32,000 nt of DNA from an uncultured Lentisphaeria bacterium (GTDB lineage Bacteria > Verrucomicrobiota > Lentisphaeria > JABSQK01 > JAJFLO01). The first letter of the stretch is position 1; the number at the start of each line of letters is the position of its first letter. The notes under the pieces were generated by a model, which made no database searches, was not told where the DNA came from, and worked only from the letters and a program-made list of their open reading frames with translations. The stretch lies in contig OX638337.1 in the NCBI GenBank assembly GCA_951812855.1, positions 1,140,001 through 1,172,000 of the forward strand, written 5' to 3'. Positions 12,665 through 21,779 of the stretch are shown one piece after another. A program made the position numbers and the translations under genes.

Positions 12665-13489
12665 TCAATTTTCAGGCGTTTTATTCCATACTCTCTGATA
12701 AAGCTTTGTTGCTTGAGTTTCTACCTTTTTCAATAATGCCGTATGGTTTTTTAAAACATCCCTTAATGATATCTCAAAATATCGTTTTATAAATCGAAAA
12801 TAATCGTTACGTGTTAAACCGACATCCATGCTTGAAAAATGTAGACCGGCAATATCTTTGATTACCCAGCGTTCAGGAGTCTTATCACGAATCTGCATTC
12901 TGTGAAGATCAATAAGAAACAGTTGCGGGTTAGACAAATCTATCGGTTCGATTCCCCTGGGTTTGCCCATTAAAAAATGACAGATATAATAGTCACGATG
13001 ATTTACCCCGTTGGTATGCAATTGACGTGAAATGTCTGCTATTCGAAGAATCAAATTGCGTTTGAGAATCGTATTCGGCGGATTCGATTTCCATTTTTCC
13101 GTAAACTTTTCCAAACTTGTGTTTTCTCCAATATCCTTTAGGATTATGAATGATTCCTGTGTAATCGGATTATTTCCTTTTACGCCATAGCCAACTGCTT
13201 TTACGGTCGGTATCCCTAAATTATTTAATTTTTTAACGGCATTCCACTCAGTCATCGCTCCTAAAATTGGCAGTTTCAACTGAGTGAGGTTTTTTATTAT
13301 TTCCCCCCAACCGACTCCGGAATGGCGTTTTATAAAATAGCCGGTGCCGTTTAAATTGAATCGAACTGTTTCTCTGTTTTTTTCAGATCGATAAGTCACT
13401 CCCTCAATATCGAAAAATTTTGAAAAATCAGTAAACGACTCAAAATTCGCTTTTTCATTCTCCTCAATATGGATCACTACATCTGACAT
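12665..13489 (-). CDS. waaP: LPS core heptose(I) kinase WaaP/RfaP
   Basis: Collinear with E. coli WaaP as recalled: GEIIKNL..L..P.LGA..EWNA, NHRD.YICHFL, LIDLHR.QIR, W..KD.AGL.FSSM.VGLT..D..RF. I prefer the start at MSDVV (13489), which overlaps the waaG stop by 13 nt. Confidence 0.9.
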   Translation of the reverse strand: MSDVVIHIEENEKANFESFTDFSKFFDIEGVTYRSEKNRETVRFNLNGTGYFIKRHSGVGWGEIIKNLTQLKLPILGAMTEWNAVKKLNNLGIPTVKAVGYGVKGNNPITQESFIILKDIGENTSLEKFTEKWKSNPPNTILKRNLILRIADISRQLHTNGVNHRDYYICHFLMGKPRGIEPIDLSNPQLFLIDLHRMQIRDKTPERWVIKDIAGLHFSSMDVGLTRNDYFRFIKRYFEISLRDVLKNHTALLKKVETQATKLYQRVWNKTPEN

Positions 13490-14640
13490 CGGCTCTTTTC
13501 CGCAAATGATATGATACTGTCTGCTGCTCGTTCGATACAACTGTACAAATCATGAGTTTGACAATAGGCAATCCCGTTTTGTTTCCAGGACTCACGTTTT
13601 TCAGATCTTATCATTGTGTTCAGCAGTTGATTTAATTGAGACTGTTTGAATGGAACTGGACAAATTAACCCTGAGTCCGCTGCCTTTAGATGCACAGAAA
13701 AACCACAGTTTTCAGTTGCTAAAACAGGCAGTCCGCAATACATAGCTTCGATAATTACCGTACCTGTATTTTCGGAATATGCAGGATGTATTAAACAGTC
13801 CGCAGTAACGTAAAGTCTTGGAACATTATCACAAACGCCGATAAAATGAGTTTGATTCTGCAATTTATATTTCCTGGCTAAACGTTCAAAAAAAGATTTT
13901 TCGCCTTTGCCTGCAATGACTAAATGACAACGACCTTTCAATTCATCGGGAAGTGCAGCAAGTGCTTTTATTGCCCGATCAACACCTTTAGTATGAAATG
14001 ATGATCCAACCATTAACAGCATTATGTCATCGTTATGGATACCGAGCTCATGTCTAATTTTTTTACTCTCATCTTTATTCGGAGTATACGAATCAAGAAA
14101 TTTTCGATTAATGCCCGGCGGCAGCAATTTTATCCGTTCAGATTCTGTTTCATAGATATCTGAAAATTTTTGTTTCTCCTGATGTGCGATTAATAGTATT
14201 TCAGTATCCAGCCCGGCCTGAAATACTTCTTTTTCCTGCCGAAGCAATGCCTTATAGCGGGGGAGAAATCGAAACATCTTTGGTTTTTCAGCAGAAAATT
14301 TGAACGAATAACATAGGTCACCGGCATAATATACATTAAGCCCCTTCATTCTATTAAATCCGACAATACAATCAATTTTTTCTTTTACAGACAGATCAAG
14401 AACATAGTCTGCTATTTCATCATTTTTCTCATGATTCGTTACGGATTTTAAATGAACTTCATGAACAGCAAAGGGTTTTTCCTGATTACTCTCCCATTTG
14501 TCAGTTACCAGTTTAACCGTGTGTCCACGCATCTGACACTCCTGTGCAATGCGAATTAAATCTTTCTGCAGCCCGCCGTAGTCAAAATATTTTGTAATCA
14601 CAAAAACGATTCTATATACTTTTGATTTTTCAGATTTCAC
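13477..14640 (-). CDS. waaG: LPS core alpha-1,3-glucosyltransferase WaaG/RfaG (GT4)
   Basis: 387 aa, collinear with E. coli WaaG as recalled: KYF.YGGLQ.D..RIA, GFN.M.GL.VY.A.D.CY, PPGI, HPAY.E..G.V..EA...GLPVL.T..CG. The conserved waaG-waaP gene order is present. Confidence 0.9.
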   Translation of the reverse strand: MKSEKSKVYRIVFVITKYFDYGGLQKDLIRIAQECQMRGHTVKLVTDKWESNQEKPFAVHEVHLKSVTNHEKNDEIADYVLDLSVKEKIDCIVGFNRMKGLNVYYAGDLCYSFKFSAEKPKMFRFLPRYKALLRQEKEVFQAGLDTEILLIAHQEKQKFSDIYETESERIKLLPPGINRKFLDSYTPNKDESKKIRHELGIHNDDIMLLMVGSSFHTKGVDRAIKALAALPDELKGRCHLVIAGKGEKSFFERLARKYKLQNQTHFIGVCDNVPRLYVTADCLIHPAYSENTGTVIIEAMYCGLPVLATENCGFSVHLKAADSGLICPVPFKQSQLNQLLNTMIRSEKRESWKQNGIAYCQTHDLYSCIERAADSIISFAEKSRCQM

Positions 14641-14656
14641 TATTTACAATTTATTT

Positions 14657-15628
14657 TTAATTTTCTGTCATTACTCTTAGAAACTGCTTAAACACGCAGT
14701 CCAAACTGTGATGTTTTTCAATGTAAAGACGTCCGTTGGCGCCCATTTTCTTTCGCAATTCTGAATCGGAAACCAGGGCCGAAATATGGTTTATCCAGTC
14801 GGATTTGTTTGTGACTGAAAAACTGTATTCCGGAGTTAATATTTCAGATGCACCGCCTTCAATATTGCCGACTACGGGAATACCACAAGCCATATACTGT
14901 ATGACCTTAATCGGGGATTTCCCCAATGCAAAGTGATCATAAGTCATCGGTATCAAACCAATATCGAGAGACTGTATGAACGCGACCTCATCCTTCTGAT
15001 TATAAGGGTGATACTCAAAAGTACAATCAAGCTTTGGCTTGGCACCTGAAAACACGAGAAGCCTTAAATTTGGAATTTTTGCAACCAGTTCAGTTAAACT
15101 GTCTTCGATATTTTCTAAATAATGAATTGTCGCCGGAGACCCTGCCCATCCAATAGTAATCGCACCTGTATTACTGCTTTGGTTTATATTCCACACATTG
15201 GTATCCAGAGCCATTTTTATTTGTTGAACATTTTTAGAGTGTTTTTCAGCATACATTGCAAGGATGCTATTTGATACGGTCACAGCATCTGCATGATTTA
15301 ACCAGTAATGAAGTCGTTTCTTGATACGTATTGAAGTTATGAGCGAGTGTGCTTTTCCCGGTCGCGTATAAATCGCATCATCAAAATCAAATACAACTCG
15401 TTTTGCTGATTTAATTATCTTCTTTGCCGTTTTAAGATTGATCAGGCATCGAAAGTTAACAACGATATCGAACGATTCAATTTTCTCTTTGGACAGTGCA
15501 TCAAGCTCCGAACGTCTTGAAATTTCAACATTGATATTATGCTTTTTAAATAAGGGTAAATACTGTTCAAAACGATATTTTGTGCTGGCTTTTTCAGGAT
15601 TGTCAGAAAGGATAGCTAATAACTTCAT
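14657..15628 (-). CDS. Glycosyltransferase (GT-B fold, family 1/4-like), first gene of the waaG-waaP operon
   Basis: 323 aa. The C-terminal half (GWAGSP...L.FSG...GLIPM....GKSP.K..QYMACGIPVVG) resembles GT-B sugar transferases. It lies 16 nt upstream of waaG on the same strand. Confidence 0.7.
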   Translation of the reverse strand: MKLLAILSDNPEKASTKYRFEQYLPLFKKHNINVEISRRSELDALSKEKIESFDIVVNFRCLINLKTAKKIIKSAKRVVFDFDDAIYTRPGKAHSLITSIRIKKRLHYWLNHADAVTVSNSILAMYAEKHSKNVQQIKMALDTNVWNINQSSNTGAITIGWAGSPATIHYLENIEDSLTELVAKIPNLRLLVFSGAKPKLDCTFEYHPYNQKDEVAFIQSLDIGLIPMTYDHFALGKSPIKVIQYMACGIPVVGNIEGGASEILTPEYSFSVTNKSDWINHISALVSDSELRKKMGANGRLYIEKHHSLDCVFKQFLRVMTEN

Positions 15629-15850
15629 AAATTAAGGAACAAGAATAAATTTGGAGGTTAAGACAGAAATGATAACACAGCTGAACATACGCGTAAAAAT
15701 AAGAAAAAAAGATGATAATTTTTGAATTACATCAGCTATCAACCACACTGAAATCTACTGAATTCAGGCATTATCTGAAACAGAAATCCACCCAAAAAGT
15801 GTAAGTCGATTGAACGTATGTCAGCGACATTGTCAAGTGGTAAAAACCTG

Positions 15851-16560
15851 TCAAATTGCATTGGATAATATCTCATTAATCTCAGTGTTATTCAGAATAA
15901 CCGGATTACCTTTCATACTACTTGCACGCATTGATTTTGTAATGAGCTCAGGAAAATCTTCAGTCAACAATCCATGCTTAGCCAATGGTGATAGTTTAAA
16001 GTCATCGACAAGCTTATGAAGATAATCAGTTAAATCTGTAAGTGTTGCATCATCTCTTTCATTCAGCAGGTACGATACCTCTTCATATCGAGATAACATA
16101 CCTGAATTGTCACCCCCCTTTTCTAATGCTTTTATATTACTTTCAGTTACATAAGGTAAAAGGCTGGCACATATCTGGCCATGAGGTGCGTTAATCATAC
16201 CGCCAAGCGGTCCGGCAATTCCGTGGACTGCTCCCAATTTAGCATTCGCCGGGGAAATGCCGCCAAACAAACTTGCCAACGCCATATCTTCCCGTGTATC
16301 TTTATTCAGGGGTTCACTATATACAATTCTCAATGATCTTGCGACACAACTTATTCCCTCCCTGCATAAAGAATCGGTCAAGGGAACAGTGAGTAAAGTT
16401 TACGATAAGAAACTGTGTTGCTATATCAATGGAATCAACTGATTGAGGCTTGATGATAGTTTCGATGCCCATTTTTCTGGTCTTTCTTGACTATTCGGTT
16501 CTGCGGCCATGATGTGTACGGCAGTAAAAAATATAAAAGTATTGATGTCTGAAAATTCAT
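15851..16560 (-). pseudogene. Iron-containing alcohol dehydrogenase remnant
   Basis: The 176-aa ORF (15851-16381) carries the Fe-ADH C-terminal half (LGAVHGIAGPLGG...PHGQICASLLPYV). Further N-terminal scraps (MNFQ..., EKMGIETII...) lie in other frames up to 16560. About 710 nt remain of what should be ~1150 nt. Confidence 0.8.
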
Positions 16561-16563
16561 AGT

Positions 16564-17571
16564 CTAGCAAAATATATCCACATTACTTTTAGAACTGCAG
16601 CGGATGATTAAATCTCTTACAAAATGTGTCATTCTGGATTTGAGTTCATTGCTGTAACTTGCTGAACCGTTGTGTGACTCAAAGGGATAATATAAAATAT
16701 CACTGTCTTTACGCATTTTACGAATATTTTCAAGGTAATCTGTACTTATACGAAAAACTCCTATACTAAAATCAAAAATTCTGTTTAGCGGTATTGTATC
16801 GGAAATTTGATCTATCAGGTGCCTATAAACACCTTCCCACTCCTTAATATATAGAATCGGATCGATACAAATCCGTACCTTCCAGCCTGCATTGACGGCT
16901 TCCCTGACGGATTGTAATCGAGCATCCAGAGACGGTGTTTTTGCCTCATAACGGTCACTGATTTCAGCTGGAGACAATGTCCATGCCAATATAATATTTG
17001 GACTGGGATTTAAGTCTGAAATTGCAGAAAAATTTGTGCTTTTTGTTCGTATTTCAATGCACGCTTCAGGATGTATTTTTGCCCACTCAATCCAACGTCG
17101 ACAATTTGGAATCAAGTTCTCAAAGGCCATAAGATCAGTATCATACGACAGACAAAGATAAATAGAGCCTTTGGATTGAATAATAGACTCCGCTGCCTGG
17201 AAATAGGGATCAGAATTAACAAATACAACGATATTCCCTGAAGAATACATTCCCTGAAGATAACAATAATCGCAATTATAAATACAATTAAGGATTAGTG
17301 CATTGTAATAAAAATTAGGATGTCCAAAGCTTGGTGCAAATCGCGATCCATCGTATATAAATTTATCTTTTTTTACTGCCAGAATAAGTTTAATGCTCTT
17401 TTTCTGAAACTGAAAAGACTGCCCCTGCCTGCTAAAGACATGCTTATAGTCTTCCACATTAACAATTGTTGCCTGCTTAAACTTTTTGATTATTCGATTC
17501 GTATCAGAATAGTCAACGGCACTCTGCTCAACGTATAAATGTGAAAAATTTGGATTCAATAATGATTTCAT
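16564..17571 (-). CDS. Spore-photoproduct-lyase-like radical SAM protein (SplB/COG1533 family)
   Basis: 335 aa with the CIYNCDYCY motif (C-x3-C-x2-C). The N-terminal pattern HLYVE...YKHVFSRQGQSFQFQKKS.KLILA is typical of SPL-family proteins. Confidence 0.8.
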   Translation of the reverse strand: MKSLLNPNFSHLYVEQSAVDYSDTNRIIKKFKQATIVNVEDYKHVFSRQGQSFQFQKKSIKLILAVKKDKFIYDGSRFAPSFGHPNFYYNALILNCIYNCDYCYLQGMYSSGNIVVFVNSDPYFQAAESIIQSKGSIYLCLSYDTDLMAFENLIPNCRRWIEWAKIHPEACIEIRTKSTNFSAISDLNPSPNIILAWTLSPAEISDRYEAKTPSLDARLQSVREAVNAGWKVRICIDPILYIKEWEGVYRHLIDQISDTIPLNRIFDFSIGVFRISTDYLENIRKMRKDSDILYYPFESHNGSASYSNELKSRMTHFVRDLIIRCSSKSNVDIFC

Positions 17572-18138
17572 TTGACAGACAGAGTAGATAAGTAATGATC
17601 AGGCAGGGTTGGTGTACCCGGGAGACATAGATTCATAATATACAAAACACAATGAGTAGAAAAAATTGCGTACCGATTCAAGCAGCAAGGATAGATGACA
17701 ATTCTGGTTTTGCTGATTTCAGTTAGATTTACTCCAATGATATTTCTATCGCGTTAATACGATATCAACATAGGCTCGTCAAAAAACGCTTATCCATGCC
17801 TCTGTAATAACTCAATCATTCCAAATTTTCAAGCAAATCTAAAAAAACAATAAAAAGCCTCAACCAACAAAAATGCGATTTAAGAAACGCATTTTCCTTT
17901 AAACTGAACCTTTATTTGAAATAAATTCGGCTGAACTTTAATTTTAGATCATAGTTTATTTCGTGGGTTTATCTAAATGAATTTATGGCATTCATATACC
18001 AGGATTTTGGACGACATAAATAATCGTATTCGACTCAGTATATTATACGCCGACGGTCGAATTAGACTATGATGGAATTCAGATTATTATACCTGTTTCC
18101 TTGCGTTTTTCTTAATATTTTTTACACGGGACTGATAA

Positions 18139-19740
18139 ATGATCGCAGCGAATAATGTTGCCATGCGCTATGGCAAAAGGTTTTTATTTGAAAATGTAAC
18201 AATTCGATTCAAACCCCAGTGCAGATATGGATTGATCGGTGCAAACGGGGCCGGTAAATCAACGTTTATGAAAATTTTGACTGGCCAGATTACTGCAAGT
18301 TCAGGTGATGTTTCGATTGATAAAGACTGCACTATGGGATATCTCAGACAGGATCATTATGAATTTGAAGATAATGTTATCCTTGATGTCGTATACATGG
18401 GCAGCGATTCCCTGTGGAAACTTCATTCTGAACGTGAAATGCTGTACTCAAAAGAGAAGTTATCCGAAAAAGAGAGTGAACGAATTGGAGATGTCGAAGA
18501 GCTCTTTGCCAATGCAGGCGGCTATACTATGGAAGGAGATGCTGCGAAATTGTTAGTCGGCCTTGGCATATCAGAGTCCTGTCACAACGAAACATTAAGT
18601 ACGCTTACAGGTGGGTTCAAATTACGGGTATTATTAGCCCGGGTACTATTTGCCCAGCCGGACATCCTTCTGTTAGACGAGCCGACAAATCACCTGGATA
18701 TGGGCAGTCGTGATTGGCTTGATTCATTTTTGAAACGTCATGAGGGCACTATTGTTGTCATTTCTCATGATAGACATTTTCTTAATTCCTTATGCACCCA
18801 CATTGCCGATTTAGATTATCAGGAAATTCGCCAGTTTGCCGGCAACTATGATGATTTCATGACAGCGAATGCAATGATCCTTGAACGGAGTAGAAAAGAA
18901 AATATTAAAATGGGAAAACGAATTTCAGAGTTAAAGGGTTTTATTAATCGCTTCAGTGCCAATGCCAGTAAAGCAAAACAGGCAACCTCGCGTCAAAAAG
19001 AACTGGACAAAATTCAACTGAACGATATACGACCGAGTACGAGGGTGTCTCCATTTATCAGATTCTCAACTGCCCGGCGACTCGGAACAAGAGTAATTGA
19101 TTATGAAGGTCTTGAAAAAGCCTATGAATCCAGGCTGTTTTCGAATGTCTCCGGCACAATTGGGAATAATGAGAAAATAGGCATTATAGGTGTAAATGGT
19201 GTCGGAAAAACGACACTGCTCAAACTATTAATTGGGAAATTAAAACCTGATAAGGGTACCGTCGTGCATGGTGAAACAATTCTGATCAGTGAATTTCCGC
19301 AGGATTCAAATGAACTGCTTGATTCAAATAAAACGGCTATTGACTGGCTTGCACAATTCGCTCCGGAAGACGGAATAACAGAAACACAATTGCGTGCTGT
19401 TATGGGAAAAATATTATTTCGGGGAGAAGATGTTACAAAAGACGTATCCGTGTTGAGCGGCGGAGAACGTGCCAGATTGCTAATTGCTAAAATGACATTG
19501 GAAAAAGGAAACGTTCTTGCTTTGGATGAACCGACAAATCATTTGGATATTGAATCAATTGAAGCATTAAACTATGCATTATCTCTTATCGATGAAACTG
19601 TAATTTTTGTCAGCCATGATCGGCAGTTTTTAAACAGTCTGGCTACTCGAATTATTGAAATAACGTCAGAAAATGTGTCCGACTATCCAGGTACACTTGC
19701 AGAATATGAATCATGGAAAAAGAAACAGAAAAAGAATTGA
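18139..19740 (+). CDS. ybiT: ABC-F family ATPase (YbiT-like), two ABC domains and no TM domain
   Basis: 533 aa, collinear with E. coli YbiT as recalled: RYGLIGANG.GKSTFMKIL, LLLDEPTN.LD, ISHDRHFLN..CTH.ADLDY, RFSANASK..QATSR. A second Walker A (GVNGVGKTTLLK) and LSGGE are present. Confidence 0.93.
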   Translation: MIAANNVAMRYGKRFLFENVTIRFKPQCRYGLIGANGAGKSTFMKILTGQITASSGDVSIDKDCTMGYLRQDHYEFEDNVILDVVYMGSDSLWKLHSEREMLYSKEKLSEKESERIGDVEELFANAGGYTMEGDAAKLLVGLGISESCHNETLSTLTGGFKLRVLLARVLFAQPDILLLDEPTNHLDMGSRDWLDSFLKRHEGTIVVISHDRHFLNSLCTHIADLDYQEIRQFAGNYDDFMTANAMILERSRKENIKMGKRISELKGFINRFSANASKAKQATSRQKELDKIQLNDIRPSTRVSPFIRFSTARRLGTRVIDYEGLEKAYESRLFSNVSGTIGNNEKIGIIGVNGVGKTTLLKLLIGKLKPDKGTVVHGETILISEFPQDSNELLDSNKTAIDWLAQFAPEDGITETQLRAVMGKILFRGEDVTKDVSVLSGGERARLLIAKMTLEKGNVLALDEPTNHLDIESIEALNYALSLIDETVIFVSHDRQFLNSLATRIIEITSENVSDYPGTLAEYESWKKKQKKN

Positions 19741-20433
19741 TAAATTCTATAAGACGCTTCTTGATTCTAATCCAGATAAAATTGTCAGATTTCAATCAAT
19801 CCAGCAATTTCTTCTATAATAAATCTTCCATTTCCATCTCAGACAGCACATCCGGATTTTTAATTGGATTCGAACAATTTAAACCGATTTCATTAATATC
19901 CAACATTATCAGTTTCCGGTCAATTAATACGATTTTCTGAGTACTTAAATGCTGGCTGACTATATTTGACTGACGTCATAATAAACACTATAATCGTTCA
20001 TTCATTAAATGTACACCCCCGCCAACACGACAAGCACGATATCAATACGTCTATCTATGTTATCATATAACGCAATCAATCATCATAGACTGATCAGTGG
20101 AATTCTATATCGTTAACACGTTACAATTCAGAGAGTTTTATCCGAAAACAACGATATAGTCCGGGGTTGACAAGAAATGATATTAATACTGTCAGCAGTC
20201 TATCTCCGGAGACTCAGGGAAATTTAATTTGCTGTACCATTAAATTTTGAGGTTTAACCGATACTGCCTGCATAATTATAAGACTAATCTTAAGTATCAA
20301 ACAGTAAACGAGTGGATTACAACGTGATGTGATGAAAGTATCATATACGAATTACCCTACTCCAGGCATATTTTTCATTAACAGCTTTCAATTGAGATTT
20401 GCATGATTGCAGAATAAACCAACTTGCCTCTAA

Positions 20434-21285
20434 TTATTGACGGCCGAAAACATCCTCATTCAGGATCGATTCCAAATCATTAAAATACATTTTTGAGTTA
20501 CGCTTAGATGTAACCTCAGGGTTACGAAATTTTTCCAGCCTGGACAAATCACCCATTGTCCGCACCAAATGACCTTCTGCTGACTTGACTAATTTAGATC
20601 GTTGTGTTTGCGTTAAACGTAAATTATCACTAATTGAGCTAAGCAGTTTCTGTTGTTCTGAATTTAAGGCCGATGTGGATTTAGATTCAATTCTTCTTAG
20701 ATTTTCAATGAATAACACAATTTCAGGTATATTATGAGTGATCAAATCCTGTATTGTCTCAGGTTTTATATTCGTAATATCCAAAAAATCCGAGACAATT
20801 TTCAAACATATTATTCTTTCAACAGGAAAATATTTAATCGCCGCCTGAAAAAAACCGGAAGATTCCATATCAACACATGACTCTTCAGGAAGAGATGAAT
20901 CATCTACAGGCTTATCAAATGTTTCAATACCCGTTTCCTTAAACTGGTGTGACAGCGTCATATCGGGATAATAACATCGTCTTGAACCATGATCTGCCAC
21001 CTTATTAATCATAATAATATCGCCATGATTAAACTGACTGGTATCTATCGCACCGCATGTTCCAAAATTTATGATGATGCTGACTTCCTGAATAGCCTTT
21101 GACTGAGAATTAATCAGAGACTCAACAGCCATGGCAGACAAAACCTTGCCAACACCGGAAATAATCAATTTCAATTGGCTGTTTTCAAAAATGGTCCAAT
21201 GCGTTTCAGCACTATTTCGATTTAGTCCCCAGTATTCTATCAAGGGCTTCGCTTCACAATGCAAGGCAACAACGAGATAAATCAT
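20434..21285 (-). CDS. Nucleoside phosphorylase/MTA-SAH nucleosidase-fold protein (PNP_UDP_1-like) with a ~90-aa C-terminal extension
   Basis: The N-terminal ~190 aa (MIYLVVALHCEAKPL...ISGVGKV.SAMAV...FGTCGA...VDMESSG) follow the phosphorylase family 1 pattern. The C-terminal part has no family I can recognise. Confidence 0.6.
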   Translation of the reverse strand: MIYLVVALHCEAKPLIEYWGLNRNSAETHWTIFENSQLKLIISGVGKVLSAMAVESLINSQSKAIQEVSIIINFGTCGAIDTSQFNHGDIIMINKVADHGSRRCYYPDMTLSHQFKETGIETFDKPVDDSSLPEESCVDMESSGFFQAAIKYFPVERIICLKIVSDFLDITNIKPETIQDLITHNIPEIVLFIENLRRIESKSTSALNSEQQKLLSSISDNLRLTQTQRSKLVKSAEGHLVRTMGDLSRLEKFRNPEVTSKRNSKMYFNDLESILNEDVFGRQ

Positions 21286-21562
21286 ATCAGAAAATTAACA
21301 TTAGTATTAATAATAATCAGTTTAAAAAACGTCTGCAAAAAATACAGAGTATTGAAAATAAATTAAAAGGGAATTCTCTTTATTTTTGTGCCTTTGTTGA
21401 TTTTTTCGCTAATCGCAAAGGAATTAAGACAACTCTGCCAAGTAAACGAATACACTGTTCAATCTTAGTGTCATTTCATAATTTTCACCGTTTTCGACTG
21501 ATTGTTCAATTAGGGTGATAAATCTAGTCAGGTTTTCAGGCCACTTAACTATTCATTATTTT

Positions 21563-21637
21563 GGACTCGTTGCACAGTCTGGATAGTGCGAGCGGCTTCG
21601 AACCGCCAGGTCGAGGGGATCGAAGCCCTCCGAGCTC
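21563..21637 (+). tRNA. tRNA-Arg(UCG)-like element; degenerate, possibly a pseudogene
   Basis: It folds by hand as a cloverleaf. D arm: GCAC/GTGC with an AGTCTGGATA loop. Anticodon loop: CTTCGAA (UCG). Variable loop: 5 nt, AGGTC. T stem: GAGGG/CCCTC. It resembles E. coli tRNA-Arg. Defects: an 8-nt T loop (GATCGAAG) instead of 7 nt, A3-C70 and A27-C43 mismatches, and U at the discriminator position. Confidence 0.55.
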
Positions 21638-21779
21638 TTATTTAACTATCTTGTAAGTTGCTTTGGCAGTCTGTTCTATCTTGCCACTTTTCTTCATTCC
21701 AAACAACTTCTAATTCGATGTCGCAAGTTGGGAAATATTATTTCTAATTCAGGATCCTTATTGTTTGACGCTTTAACTT

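Noticed and set aside
20158-20166. agtccgggg, reminiscent of the RNase P RNA GGAAAGUCCGGGC core
   Set aside because: The flanking GAGGAA is absent. I found no matching P4 3' strand or other conserved RNase P blocks nearby. The surrounding sequence is too AT-rich and unstructured.
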